Sequence record: MZ501052
From: Escherichia phage AugustSocin
Direction: 5' to 3' (one strand)
DNA: 64,000 nucleotides
Below, piece after piece: positions 1 to 9,250 of this stretch. The notes below the pieces were generated by a model that was not told where the DNA came from, ran no database searches, and saw only the letters and a program-made list of their open reading frames with translations. Position 1 is the first letter of the stretch. Every line of letters begins with the position of its first letter. The translations under genes and the position numbers were made by a program.

Positions 1-1
1 T

Positions 2-367
2 ATGTATGTTCGTGATAACATTGATGTTAACGACGTTTATATTCGTTCTGATATTCGTTGTAAGTCGGAAATTAAGCTTATTAAGAACGCTCAAGAGAAA
101 TCTAAACTATTGGGCGGTTATACTTATCTGCTTAAAAACTCTGTTACAGACGAAGTTAAACCGTCCGCAGGTTTAATTGCTCAGGAAGTTCAAGAAGTAT
201 TACCTGAACTTGTTTCTGAAGATAAAGAGACCGGACTGCTTCGTTTGAACTATAACGGTATTATTGGTTTAAATACAGCTGCAATAAACGAGCATACAGA
301 TGAAATAAAGGAATTGAAATCTGAAATTGCCGAATTGAAAGCATTAATTAAATCATTGATAAAATAA
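2..367 (+). CDS. 37: long tail fibre distal subunit gp37, C-terminal fragment (5' end outside window) with intramolecular-chaperone-like domain and terminal coiled coil
   Basis: ORF open to window edge; motif EVQEVLPELV plus heptad-rich tail typical of tail-fibre C-terminal chaperone domains; lies immediately upstream of gene 38. Confidence 0.7.
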   Translation: MYVRDNIDVNDVYIRSDIRCKSEIKLIKNAQEKSKLLGGYTYLLKNSVTDEVKPSAGLIAQEVQEVLPELVSEDKETGLLRLNYNGIIGLNTAAINEHTDEIKELKSEIAELKALIKSLIK

Positions 368-397
368 TAAAAGGGCCTTCGGGCCCTGGAGGTTTAT

Positions 398-1177
398 ATG
401 GCAGTAGTAGGAATCCCTGGTTGGATTGGGACTTCAGCCGTTGCTGAAACGGGACAAAGATGGATGACGGCTGCTTCAAGGGAACTTCGTTTAGGAAACC
501 CTTCATGGATGTCCCAATTCGCGGGCCGTTCAAGAGAAATAATTCACACACTTGGAGAAGACCATAACTTCAATGGTCAATGGTTCCGTGACCGTTGTTT
601 TGAGGCAGGTAGTGCACCTATAGTGTTTAATATCACCGGAAATTTGGTATCATATAGTAAAGATGTTCCATTATTCTTTATGTATGGCGATACGCCAAAT
701 GAATATGTTACTTTGAATATTCATGGTGGGGTTCATATGTGGGGACGAGGTGGTAACGGTACTGTAAACGGAAACCCAGGCACAAATGGTGGCGATGTAA
801 TCCAAAATGATATCGGCGGAAGACTTCGTATTTGGAACTATGGCGTTATTGCATCAGGCGGCGGCGGTGGTGGTGCAGTGTCATTACAGAATAGCTGGGC
901 GCCAAATGCTACAGCAGGTGGCGGTGGCGGCAGACCATTTGGCCTCGGCGGAGGCGGCGTTAATTGGCCGGGTGGTAATGCTAGTTATGACGCCCCGGGC
1001 GGAGCCGGTTACACTTCCCAATTCGGCGGAGGCAATGGCGGTGATGCCGGAGGATGGGGCGGAGATGGATGGGGTAATCACTTATCTAGATCTGGCGGTG
1101 GTGCTCCTGGCAGAGCAGTATTCGGAAGTTCACCGTCATGGGGTGCTACAGGCACAATCTACGGCTCCTGGATTTAA
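398..1177 (+). CDS. 38: tail fibre adhesin gp38, T2-type receptor-recognising protein with glycine-rich motifs
   Basis: 259-aa ORF; GGAGG RBS at 388-392; poly-Gly blocks separating variable segments; synteny 37-38-t. Confidence 0.85.
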   Translation: MAVVGIPGWIGTSAVAETGQRWMTAASRELRLGNPSWMSQFAGRSREIIHTLGEDHNFNGQWFRDRCFEAGSAPIVFNITGNLVSYSKDVPLFFMYGDTPNEYVTLNIHGGVHMWGRGGNGTVNGNPGTNGGDVIQNDIGGRLRIWNYGVIASGGGGGGAVSLQNSWAPNATAGGGGGRPFGLGGGGVNWPGGNASYDAPGGAGYTSQFGGGNGGDAGGWGGDGWGNHLSRSGGGAPGRAVFGSSPSWGATGTIYGSWI

Positions 1178-1195
1178 ACGATAATACCTCTCAAT

Positions 1196-1203
1196 TATAA
1201 ATA
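1196..1203 (+). promoter_or_regulatory. late promoter (TATAAATA) for holin gene t
   Basis: exact TATAAATA about 20 nt upstream of the t start codon, followed by GGGAGG RBS. Confidence 0.6.
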
Positions 1204-1222
1204 TTGATAAATGGGAGGTAAT

Positions 1223-1882
1223 ATGGCAGCACCAAAAGTATCATTTTCGCCTAGTGATATTTTATTTGGGTTGCTAGACCGCATTTTCAAAGATAACGCC
1301 TCTGGAAATATTCTTATTTCCAGAGTTGCTGTTGTAGTTCTTTTGTTCCTAATGGCACTAATATGGTACAAAGGGAATATTTTTATGGATTATTACGTGA
1401 GGTCGAAATATGATACTTACACAGAAGTAATTCAAAAAGAAAGAAATACACGATTTGAATCTGCGGCTTTAGAACAACTACAAATAGTCCACGTCACATC
1501 AAGGGCGGATTTTAGTTCGGTGTATTCTTTCAGACCTAAAAATCTAAATTATTTCGTCGACCTTATTGCGTATGAAGGTAAGTTACCTAGCACAGTAACT
1601 GAAAAATCTATGGGAGGATTTCCTGTCGATAAAACGACAGCAGAATATTCGGTCCATTTAAGTGGACTTCACTTTACTTCTAAAACAGATTTTGCTTTCT
1701 TACCTACCAAATCAAAAACTCCGGAACTGGCATATATGTATAGTTGTCCTTACTTCAATTTGGATAACATATATGCTGGAACTGTTTCTATGTATTGGTA
1801 TAAGGGGTCAGATGTGTTAAATGAAGAACGCTTGGCCGCAATATGCAACCAAGCTGCAAGGATATTAGGGCGGGCTAAATAA
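1223..1882 (+). CDS. t: holin t (lysis inhibition holin)
   Basis: about 219 aa from MAAPKVSFSPSDIL; single N-terminal TM segment; recalled T4 holin similarity; ORF-track ORF starts 12 nt upstream in frame. Confidence 0.9.
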   Translation: MAAPKVSFSPSDILFGLLDRIFKDNASGNILISRVAVVVLLFLMALIWYKGNIFMDYYVRSKYDTYTEVIQKERNTRFESAALEQLQIVHVTSRADFSSVYSFRPKNLNYFVDLIAYEGKLPSTVTEKSMGGFPVDKTTAEYSVHLSGLHFTSKTDFAFLPTKSKTPELAYMYSCPYFNLDNIYAGTVSMYWYKGSDVLNEERLAAICNQAARILGRAK

Positions 1883-2155
1883 TTAGTTGTTAGAATACAT
1901 CGTCAAATGGCGATAAATATTTTCAAAACCTTCATTGAATTCACTAATCAGTGTTTTCTTTTCTTCGGCAGTTAAATTTGTAATTAGTTTTCTGAACGAA
2001 TTCTGATTTAGCTGCCGACCATCTTTTTTAATTCCAATCTCATTCAAGAATCCGATGAAATTTGCTCGGTCTTCAACAATATCTTCCCTCGAGAATTTAA
2101 TCAAAATAGAAGCAATAGTAATAATTTCACGTACGATTTCAATGTCTTTATTCAT
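1883..2155 (-). CDS. asiA: anti-sigma70 factor AsiA
   Basis: 90-aa ORF MNKDIEIVREIIT...; size and sequence match recalled T4 AsiA; convergent with t. Confidence 0.9.
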   Translation of the reverse strand: MNKDIEIVREIITIASILIKFSREDIVEDRANFIGFLNEIGIKKDGRQLNQNSFRKLITNLTAEEKKTLISEFNEGFENIYRHLTMYSNN

Positions 2156-2201
2156 AACGTTTTATTCATTCCATTTGGTTGATATGGGTATAGTACCATT
2201 A

Positions 2202-2363
2202 TCAGTGTTGATTGTAAATGGCTTTTTCTACGCTTTTAACGTAATTGGTGTAGTCTTCCTGTTCGTACGAGTGTAAGGCTAAGAACAAAGCTAATAGTTC
2301 ATTATAGACTAAAGCCTCACGCTCACGTTCGGCCTCTATTACGTTCTGAAGATTATGACTCAT
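2202..2363 (-). CDS. hypothetical small protein
   Basis: internal ATG of the 2202..2417 ORF preceded by AAGGAA RBS; overlaps arn stop by about 11 nt. Confidence 0.4.
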   Translation of the reverse strand: MSHNLQNVIEAEREREALVYNELLALFLALHSYEQEDYTNYVKSVEKAIYNQH

Positions 2364-2652
2364 ATTGTTCCTTATAACTATCAATGTAGTCCTGTATGTC
2401 GAAGAATGACATTTCATATTCTAGGGCATTAAGAGCCCGTTCTTCAGTATAGTCAGAACCAAAGACGATAGTGATTTCACCAGGCTTCATGTGATTGAAA
2501 TCAACACTAAAAGGAATACGAGAACATACTTCGTCTGCCATATCTGCAACAACACTACGATATACTTCTCGGTTAACCTGATAAAGCTCTGCAAGTTCTT
2601 CGCATCGAATAACAAGTTCAGTGGCAAGATTTTCTTTGATTTTAGTAAACAT
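2353..2652 (-). CDS. arn: anti-restriction nuclease Arn (McrBC inhibitor)
   Basis: about 99 aa from MFTKIKENLATEL; AAGGG RBS; position between asiA and motA as in T4. Confidence 0.75.
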   Translation of the reverse strand: MFTKIKENLATELVIRCEELAELYQVNREVYRSVVADMADEVCSRIPFSVDFNHMKPGEITIVFGSDYTEERALNALEYEMSFFDIQDYIDSYKEQYES

Positions 2653-2735
2653 AGTCTTTACCCTTATGTTTTTGTTTGCGTTTAGATTGAAGTTCTGATT
2701 TCTTCTTGTCCTTATGAACAGAAGCCTTATTGAAA

Positions 2736-2954
2736 TCATGTTTTGCTACAAGATTGTTCATAATGATTTATAACCTCGTTTAAACATTTGTCTGTGAAAG
2801 AAAACTTTTTAGCCACAGAACATTCGATGATGTGTTCTTTCAAATCTTTAGAGTCAGTATATCCCATCTCAGTAATAAAGTGACGAATTAAAGCTTTATT
2901 CTTATCATTAACAGAATTAAAATAATCTGCTTTAGAATCAATTATTCTCATCAT
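2736..2954 (-). CDS. hypothetical protein (72 aa)
   Basis: ORF-track ORF in a tightly packed minus-strand operon. Confidence 0.45.
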   Translation of the reverse strand: MMRIIDSKADYFNSVNDKNKALIRHFITEMGYTDSKDLKEHIIECSVAKKFSFTDKCLNEVINHYEQSCSKT

Positions 2955-3219
2955 CTAATTTCCTTAACTGATATTGCAATGAGCTAATAATTTCTTCGTT
3001 CATTTTAATATACATGTCACGCAAGAAAGGTTTTAACCCTTCACGAATAATTGCTAATGTATCACCTTTACATAGATTGACCAAATAAGGATGATCTAAA
3101 GCATCCCAACCGGGCTGATTAGCATACATACCATAATTTTCTTCCATCATATGATTAAGACGTTTGATATCTTGGATACGTGATTCAATAGCATCTTTCT
3201 GGAGTTGTTTAATATTCAT
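2938..3219 (-). CDS. hypothetical protein (93 aa)
   Basis: ORF-track ORF; stop/start overlaps with neighbours. Confidence 0.45.
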   Translation of the reverse strand: MNIKQLQKDAIESRIQDIKRLNHMMEENYGMYANQPGWDALDHPYLVNLCKGDTLAIIREGLKPFLRDMYIKMNEEIISSLQYQLRKLDDENN

Positions 3220-3683
3220 TAATAAAGGTCCTCTGAATAAAGTTCTTTTTCACTACCACCACGTTCAATACGTACTTGTCCAGCGTAAGTTGCAATAATC
3301 ATTGCTTCTTCACGTGTCCAATAATTACTGTATTGGTCAATAAACCCTTGGTCATCATCACAAACTTGTTGAGTAACTAATTGAGGTTTAACTACATCTA
3401 AAACTTCTGCCATATCTTTAGAATAATGACGAGCACCAGGAATAACAAGAGTTCGTCCATCTTTTAATTTAAAACGGTTGGCTGCACAGACAATTCGTCG
3501 TTGATACTTTTGGTTTTCATCCCAATACGCAGTCTGCCAACATATTTCAGGAACTTCTTTCAGAACATCTTCTTCCGTATAATTAGTATAACCTGTTGAT
3601 TTAAATTTTTCGGCTAAACTCTCTGGAGTCTCACGAGATAATGCAACGTTTAGCATTTCAAGTCTTTCTTCAAATGTTTTCAT
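3219..3683 (-). CDS. hypothetical protein (154 aa)
   Basis: ORF-track ORF; overlaps stop of upstream gene (translational coupling). Confidence 0.5.
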   Translation of the reverse strand: MKTFEERLEMLNVALSRETPESLAEKFKSTGYTNYTEEDVLKEVPEICWQTAYWDENQKYQRRIVCAANRFKLKDGRTLVIPGARHYSKDMAEVLDVVKPQLVTQQVCDDDQGFIDQYSNYWTREEAMIIATYAGQVRIERGGSEKELYSEDLY

Positions 3684-4009
3684 TTAAACCATCCTTTAAT
3701 ACGTTGCCACAAAGTTTTCTGTTGAGCTTTGTTAACACCAATTGAGCGAATAACTGGTTGAGATTCCTGGAATTCTTTATAATCGGCAAGGTAAATTTCG
3801 TAAGCTGCATCTGTAAAGGAACTTATCGCTGCCATGAAATTATTGCGAATACCTACTGGAGCATCTTTACTTTCACGAATAATCATGTATTTACCAGTCT
3901 TAATCTTTACGATACTTCCAAGATAAGCTCCATGGTACCAGATATCCCAACCTTCTTGAGTAGGTTCTGCACAACGACGAAGTTCATTGATAATTTCTAA
4001 CTTGTTCAT
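3680..4009 (-). CDS. hypothetical protein (109 aa), motA.1 position
   Basis: ORF-track ORF immediately downstream of motA. Confidence 0.5.
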   Translation of the reverse strand: MNKLEIINELRRCAEPTQEGWDIWYHGAYLGSIVKIKTGKYMIIRESKDAPVGIRNNFMAAISSFTDAAYEIYLADYKEFQESQPVIRSIGVNKAQQKTLWQRIKGWFK

Positions 4010-4019
4010 TATTTATTCC

Positions 4020-4655
4020 TCACAGTTCAGATGCTACAGTGATTACTGCTTCAATGTTTTCTGCCGAGCGTTTAATGTCAAGATACACATTACCGTTTTT
4101 AGCGATTTTACATGACATTCCGATATCGGTAAATTTCTGAATATGATGTTCCATCATTTTGTATCCAAAAATTCGCATATTTCCATTGTTGTTAATTTCA
4201 AAATTACGAATTCCATGAGTACGTTTTTCTAAAATAGCAAGATAGTTACTGCGGTAAGTTTCAACCTTTTTAAGAACAAATCCATTTTCATCTAAAAGTT
4301 TTAACATGAGGTCTTTATCTTCTTCCATATCGGAAGTAATCTCACGAGCTTTACGAGTTGCTCGTTTTTTCAGTAGTTCCGGAGCATTTTCCTGCGCGTA
4401 TAAAGTTGCTGCATTTGAAATAATATCTTGAGCTTCACCAGTAATGATTAATCCATCACCAGATTTCTCTACCAGGCCTTTTTTAATCAATACACCAATA
4501 TTACTATTAACTACTGCATTACCTAAATCTGGATGCACCTCACGAACTTCTGCAGCTGTAATGAAATCTTTCTTAGCAATAGTAATTAAAATCGCAGCAG
4601 TTTTTTCATTCAGAACATCGTTAGAAGCTTTGATGATGTAAGTTACTTTAGACAT
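4020..4655 (-). CDS. motA: middle-transcription activator MotA
   Basis: 211-aa ORF; size and sequence match recalled T4 MotA; early promoter upstream. Confidence 0.9.
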   Translation of the reverse strand: MSKVTYIIKASNDVLNEKTAAILITIAKKDFITAAEVREVHPDLGNAVVNSNIGVLIKKGLVEKSGDGLIITGEAQDIISNAATLYAQENAPELLKKRATRKAREITSDMEEDKDLMLKLLDENGFVLKKVETYRSNYLAILEKRTHGIRNFEINNNGNMRIFGYKMMEHHIQKFTDIGMSCKIAKNGNVYLDIKRSAENIEAVITVASEL

Positions 4656-4696
4656 TTTCTAATCTCCGTAATTCTGTATCAGTAGTTGATAGTTGT

Positions 4697-4726
4697 ATAG
4701 TACCACAGCATGCTTTGGTTGTAAAC
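4697..4726 (-). promoter_or_regulatory. T4-type early promoter (-10 TACTAT, 18-nt spacer, -35 GTTTAC, A/T-rich UP element) for motA
   Basis: plus-strand motif tatagtacc...gtaaac...ttttgtgaaaaaaaatttt recurs upstream of many minus-strand genes. Confidence 0.55.
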
Positions 4727-4755
4727 CGTTTTGTGAAAAAAAATTTTAAAATAAA

Positions 4756-4775
4756 AAAGGGAGAGCCGAGGCTCT
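4756..4775 (-). terminator. intrinsic terminator hairpin after 52.1
   Basis: GGGAGAGCC-GA-GGCTCTCCC stem followed by T-run on the minus strand. Confidence 0.55.
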
Positions 4776-4784
4776 CCCTAAAAA

Positions 4785-4934
4785 TTACTGCATGACTGTG
4801 ATAACTGTCATGATAACACGTTGAATTCCGAACGCAAGAAGACCTCCTGCTACGGCTGGAACAACACCTAAACCCGCCAGTAAAATGCTACCGGATACTA
4901 ATGCAGCGCTTGTAATACCTATGAATGGACTCAT
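4785..4934 (-). CDS. small hydrophobic protein (49 aa), 52.1 position
   Basis: hand-translated MSPFIGITSAALVSG...; ATGA overlap with the gene 52 stop; not in ORF track (<60 aa). Confidence 0.5.
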   Translation of the reverse strand: MSPFIGITSAALVSGSILLAGLGVVPAVAGGLLAFGIQRVIMTVITVMQ

Positions 4935-6259
4935 TTGATTTCCTCTAAATCTTTGGTGTATTCTGTAACTACATCAGTAGTTTTCCAATATTCGTTTTCT
5001 TCTTTTTTAGCTTTAGCTTCTTCAGCAAGTTTCTTTGCTTCATCAGAAGTCATATGAAAAATATTCATTCCAACCAGTTTATCAACATAAGAAGAATACA
5101 TATCAATTTTAGAAAGTTCTTCGGTCAGTTCTTTGCGAGTTTTACCTTGCACAACAATTTCACCTGAAATTACTTTCTTAATGAAATGCGCCTTGGCAAA
5201 GGCTAAACGAAAAGCTGACTCAGTTTCTTTGATTTTGTTATCAATTCGTTTTTGGACATAAGTTTTACGAACTTCAACAAAGTCTTTAATTAAATCAACT
5301 ACGTTATCGTAAACTTGTAGTTTTCCTTTCTCATTAATAACCGTAATATTCTGAGAACGACGCTCAATCAACCCGAAGTCTTTCATAATTTTTGCGTGGC
5401 GTTCTTCTTCATTATCGCTCAAAGAATATTCTTTACGGAATTTAACTTTAAAGCCAAAACCATGCTCACCACAAGCATCATCCCATGTAATGAAGCCTTT
5501 ATCTTCAAGTGGGTCTAAGATTTTACTCACATAAGTTTCACGATCATACTTATACGGAATCTCAGTGATATGCATTTGAGTTCGTGAAGTAAACTTATAT
5601 GTTCCACGAATTTCATATTGCCCATCAATTTCAACGATTTCACCACGAAATTCTGGGAATTCTACCTTCGGTTTAGTTACTTTCTTTCCTTGAAGAGCTT
5701 GTAATACAGCTTTCTTGACAGAAGACACGCTATGAGGAAGAATGTAAGTTGCATAACCAGTTGCAATACCGGAAACACCATTAAGAAGAACAGTAGGAAT
5801 AATAGGCAAATAGAAAGCAGGCGGAATGTGTTCTTTATCTTGATGTACCGGAGCATATTCAGTATCTTTATATACGTTATAGAAATTTTTACTTACACGA
5901 GCAAAAATATAACGACTTGCCGCTGCTTTTTGAACGGTACGAGAACCAAAGTTTCCTTGACCATCTAACAGAGGAAAGTTATTGTTCCAAGTATTCGCCA
6001 TCAAAGCACCTGCATCTTGTGCAGAGTTTTCGCCATGATGATATCCAAGGTCCGCTACACCACCTGCAATAGAAGCGAGTTTGTGAAACTTATCTTTATT
6101 TCCTCGTGCCAAATCAAGAGCTCGAGCAATAACAAATCGTTGAACTGGCTTAAATCCATCAATCATATTTGGAATAGCACGATTTTCAACCGTGTACATA
6201 GCATAAGCCAATGCTTCATTATCAATGATACTTTTTAAATCGCGATTATTCAGTTGCAT
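4931..6259 (-). CDS. 52: DNA topoisomerase II medium subunit gp52
   Basis: 442-aa ORF; size and sequence match recalled T4 gp52. Confidence 0.92.
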   Translation of the reverse strand: MQLNNRDLKSIIDNEALAYAMYTVENRAIPNMIDGFKPVQRFVIARALDLARGNKDKFHKLASIAGGVADLGYHHGENSAQDAGALMANTWNNNFPLLDGQGNFGSRTVQKAAASRYIFARVSKNFYNVYKDTEYAPVHQDKEHIPPAFYLPIIPTVLLNGVSGIATGYATYILPHSVSSVKKAVLQALQGKKVTKPKVEFPEFRGEIVEIDGQYEIRGTYKFTSRTQMHITEIPYKYDRETYVSKILDPLEDKGFITWDDACGEHGFGFKVKFRKEYSLSDNEEERHAKIMKDFGLIERRSQNITVINEKGKLQVYDNVVDLIKDFVEVRKTYVQKRIDNKIKETESAFRLAFAKAHFIKKVISGEIVVQGKTRKELTEELSKIDMYSSYVDKLVGMNIFHMTSDEAKKLAEEAKAKKEENEYWKTTDVVTEYTKDLEEIK

Positions 6260-6396
6260 AAATTTACCATACTAGTGAATGTAGTGCCATAATAACATCA
6301 GAAATGAAAAGCACGACTTGAATTAATCCGAACATTACTCCATAATATAGTGCTACTAATAAAGTAGCAAGGGCTAATGAATAGCCCAAGATTTTC

Positions 6397-6558
6397 TTAA
6401 TCATCTTTAATCATCTTAAGTAAGCCAACAGAAGTAGAAAGCACCCAGCCAATAAACAGAAAACTTAAGAATACTGAACCTGGGGTCCACACGCCTAAAA
6501 AGAAGCAAACCGAACAGACAATAGCCGTAATAAGTTCAATAAAAACCAGAATAACCAT
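6397..6558 (-). CDS. small membrane protein, ac (acridine resistance)-like
   Basis: 53-aa hydrophobic ORF; GAGGAAAA RBS; position between 52 and stp. Confidence 0.5.
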   Translation of the reverse strand: MVILVFIELITAIVCSVCFFLGVWTPGSVFLSFLFIGWVLSTSVGLLKMIKDD

Positions 6559-6565
6559 GTTTTCC

Positions 6566-6646
6566 TCACTGGCGTCCGAAGACGCCTTTGGTTTTAAGAT
6601 TGTTACGATAGAACTGCATCACATGTTCGTTATGGAAATTACTCAT
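6566..6646 (-). CDS. stp: Stp peptide (host restriction system modulator)
   Basis: hand-translated 26 aa [26 protein letters not shown], matching recalled T4 Stp. Confidence 0.75.
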
Positions 6647-7103
6647 TAGTATGCCTGTAAAACAAATTTAAAGTTATCAGCCAACATACGGTTCATTTCT
6701 TCAAGTGTTTGATACTCAGAATGATGATTACGAGTAAACGCTAAAGCTAACTGTCCTTTTCCAAATCCCGTCGTCAGAGGTTTCATCTTAGAAGCAGGCA
6801 GATAAAATACTGTGTATGGAACATTGTTATTTGCAATAGTACGTGCAAGCTGAGACCGACGTTGACGAATATGACTTAGAACCGCGCTGAATCCTTGCTT
6901 AGAACGCTGATTACCTACATAAAATCGTGCAGACACACATGGATTACTAAATGGACGACCATCTAATTTACTCACTAAAAGTAAAATCCAGGTTTAGATA
7001 AAATATCTTTGTGTGGAACTCCCAAAAACCACTCACCACCCTTGATTGTACCAATAACAGTAGCGCCCGCATTATTCAGATCAGTAACAGTCATATATTT
7101 CAT
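6646..7103 (-). pseudogene. ndd: ndd (nucleoid disruption) interrupted by a frameshift at a T-run
   Basis: ATG at 7103 with GAGGAAA RBS opens 42 codons ending in TAG at about 6975; the 109-codon ORF 6646..6975 continues in the -1 frame from GTG with no RBS; 42+109=151 aa. Confidence 0.6.
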
Positions 7104-7162
7104 ATTAATTTCCTCTAAAATTATTTTCTACTCCAAGGCCGCATGAATACACGGCCATTAAA

Positions 7163-7378
7163 TTAATCGTCGCAGTCGACGCTCAATTCCCAAAACTCTT
7201 CTACAGTATAAGTTTCAGTATCATTTTCAATACAGAAACGTTCATTACTGTTATTTGCTAAAGTAGCATTAACTGCCGGTTTCTCGCTAGTGCTCTTAAG
7301 AGGTGAAATACGAATTAACTGATCACCATTATCTAAACAGAAAATTTCACCAACTTTTACATCTTTAAAACTTTTCAT
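7163..7378 (-). CDS. hypothetical protein (71 aa)
   Basis: ORF-track ORF. Confidence 0.45.
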   Translation of the reverse strand: MKSFKDVKVGEIFCLDNGDQLIRISPLKSTSEKPAVNATLANNSNERFCIENDTETYTVEEFWELSVDCDD

Positions 7379-7493
7379 AATTCACCTCAAGGAGTATAAA
7401 ATCCGAATGCAGTTGTTGACCATCCCATCCAATATGGAAAATTTGCACCAATGTAAAACATAAGAATATAAAACCAAATGTTTAGTAAATTCA

Positions 7494-7712
7494 TCATTTT
7501 ACACCATTCCAAATTGTTTCAACTACGGATTTTAAACCATTTTGATGAATATCCATTCCGACTACCGCCATCAAATAGATTCCAACTACAACTGAACCTA
7601 AGGCAAAAAACAGCATGAAAATGAATAAAGCCGGAAAAATATTATCAAAAAACCATTCAATAAATGTAAAAGCACTGCGTTTACGCTTCATATTTTCCTC
7701 ACATAAATCCAA
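7494..7712 (-). CDS. hypothetical membrane protein (up to 72 aa)
   Basis: ORF-track ORF with hydrophobic core; start uncertain. Confidence 0.4.
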   Translation of the reverse strand: MDLCEENMKRKRSAFTFIEWFFDNIFPALFIFMLFFALGSVVVGIYLMAVVGMDIHQNGLKSVVETIWNGVK

Positions 7713-7812
7713 AGTAAGCGTTTAATACATCAATCATTAAAACGATTGGGAATATACTCAAAACTATTAGTATTATAACTACATTCCATATAGCTTTAAC
7801 AATCTTTTTCAT
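7699..7812 (-). CDS. small membrane protein (37 aa)
   Basis: internal ATG of ORF 7699..7908 preceded by GGAGGAACAGAAA; upstream part of the track ORF is promoter read-through. Confidence 0.4.
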   Translation of the reverse strand: MKKIVKAIWNVVIILIVLSIFPIVLMIDVLNAYFGFM

Positions 7813-7840
7813 TTTCTGTTCCTCCGTAGTTGATAGAGTA

Positions 7841-7870
7841 ATAATACCACAGAGGAACAGTCTTGTAAAC
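7841..7870 (-). promoter_or_regulatory. T4-type early promoter
   Basis: -10 TATTAT, 18-nt spacer, -35 GTTTAC, A/T-rich upstream. Confidence 0.5.
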
Positions 7871-8054
7871 AACTTTTTAAAAATATTCGTAATAAATGTG
7901 AATACCAATCACTACTGCCGAAACTTGTGCAACCCACCACGCACAAGCAATAAGTACAGAATTAAAAATTTTCATAATAACCTCATCACAAAAGTAAATA
8001 TTAAACAAATTACTGGAATACTAATTAACCAAACAAAACACCACCATAGTGAAC

Positions 8055-8318
8055 TCATAGCTCAATCTCAGCGATTTTCATTTCATTACTATTAATAGCC
8101 GCTTTAAGACTATCTGAAAGAATTACATTCCAATGGTCATTCATATGACCACTAACTAAGCGTGTAATTTCTTCAGGAGTTGAAAAATAAGGCGTATCAG
8201 ACTCCCAATGCGATAGTCCCAAGCGAGCATAAATCATACCTTCATCATCGCTAGAATATTCAACTGACACAAACTCATCAGTTATTTTATGTTTAGCATA
8301 ATAAAATTTAAATTTCAT
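8055..8318 (-). CDS. hypothetical protein (about 88 aa)
   Basis: internal ATG (MKFKFYYAK...) preceded by GGAGGAGCGGAAA RBS and an early promoter. Confidence 0.5.
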   Translation of the reverse strand: MKFKFYYAKHKITDEFVSVEYSSDDEGMIYARLGLSHWESDTPYFSTPEEITRLVSGHMNDHWNVILSDSLKAAINSNEMKIAEIEL

Positions 8319-8346
8319 TTTCCGCTCCTCCGTAGTTGATAGTTGT

Positions 8347-8376
8347 ATAGTACCACGGTCCTTGTGGTATGTAAAC
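8347..8376 (-). promoter_or_regulatory. T4-type early promoter
   Basis: -10 TACTAT, 18-nt spacer, -35 GTTTAC, UP element. Confidence 0.55.
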
Positions 8377-8392
8377 CGTTTTGTGAAAATTT

Positions 8393-8950
8393 TTAAATGG
8401 AAAGATACCATCCGTTGTAGTTGCTTTTTCTTACAACTTTACGAAGGTCTTCTCTATCACCGATGAACTTCGGAGTGTACTGGATGACACCTGGATGAAT
8501 TTCTTTAGTGTTGAATATAATTATACAGTCCGCGACTTGATGATTTAGAATGGGCCCTAGATTTATTCCAGAACCATATGGATACTCTCCGCTGCATCCC
8601 GTTGTTACCGAAATCCAACGCGAGTCAGTTTGATGTGTCTTAACTTCTACACGGAGCCCACAGTATTTTGGATGTGCTAAAACATCCCATGCATATGTAT
8701 ATGGATCATTGACATCTTCTTGGCCTTTATTGACATATCCGCTTAGCCAATCTGCCACCACATACTCGGCATACACTGCGATACGGCATCTTTCGATAAC
8801 TTCTGCCTTATCCTGATTTGGGTTTTGTTTTAAAGAGTATCTCGCAGTATCAGCAATTTTGACCTTCATTTCACTGGTCAAATCACTGTTCGATAGGGTA
8901 AATGTCGGAATCTGAAATAGTCTCTGTAACCCCGGATTCGTTTTCTGCAT
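8393..8950 (-). CDS. denB: endonuclease IV DenB
   Basis: 185-aa ORF; AAGGAAA RBS; size and synteny (rIIB-denB-ndd). Confidence 0.8.
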   Translation of the reverse strand: MQKTNPGLQRLFQIPTFTLSNSDLTSEMKVKIADTARYSLKQNPNQDKAEVIERCRIAVYAEYVVADWLSGYVNKGQEDVNDPYTYAWDVLAHPKYCGLRVEVKTHQTDSRWISVTTGCSGEYPYGSGINLGPILNHQVADCIIIFNTKEIHPGVIQYTPKFIGDREDLRKVVRKSNYNGWYLSI

Positions 8951-9212
8951 TTAGACTTTCCTTTTTACCGCTGAGATAAGCGTTATATACTTTAAGAGTA
9001 CCATAATAAATTCGGTCATTTTCATCTAAAGACTCGAGGTCAAGTTCATCGAGCTCCTTTTTATCCATGACTATAACATCATTACAGTAAAGAAACCCAA
9101 GTTTTTCGTGACCAAACTCAAATTTATTACAGTACACAATATTAGCGTGATGATTTCCGTGCAGTTTAATCTCTTTTATGTCGGAATCGCCGATATTCAT
9201 ACAATAAATCAT
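8883..9212 (-). CDS. hypothetical protein (109 aa)
   Basis: ORF-track ORF; 68-nt overlap with denB lowers confidence. Confidence 0.35.
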   Translation of the reverse strand: MIYCMNIGDSDIKEIKLHGNHHANIVYCNKFEFGHEKLGFLYCNDVIVMDKKELDELDLESLDENDRIYYGTLKVYNAYLSGKKESLNAENESGVTETISDSDIYPIEQ

Positions 9213-9226
9213 AATTTTTCCTTAAA

Positions 9227-9246
9227 ACAAAAGGGCCGAAGCCCCT
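9227..9246 (-). terminator. hairpin with minus-strand T-run
   Basis: GGGCCGAAGCCCC tetraloop hairpin followed by TTTTGTTTT on the minus strand. Confidence 0.4.
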
Positions 9247-9250
9247 TATT

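Noticed and set aside
370-386. GGGCC-TTCG-GGCCC hairpin between 37 and 38 as a terminator
   Set aside because: No T-run follows on the plus strand and the gene 38 RBS/ATG follow immediately; more likely an RNA structural element than a terminator.
348-551. 67-aa minus-strand ORF overlapping the 37/38 junction
   Set aside because: Antisense to the 38 start region; no RBS; incompatible with plus-strand late gene organisation.
807-1184. Plus-strand 125-aa ORF and minus-strand 65-aa ORF (884..1081) inside gene 38
   Set aside because: Alternative-frame and antisense readings of the GC-rich glycine-repeat region; gp38 fully explains the locus.
5732-6238. Plus-strand ORFs (5732..5968, 6017..6238) within gene 52, and similar antisense ORFs inside 39, rIIA, rIIB, dda, 41, uvsX, 43, 44, 45, 46, nrdD
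   Set aside because: All lie antisense within strongly supported minus-strand genes, are AT-codon biased and lack RBSs; typical six-frame noise in an AT-rich genome.
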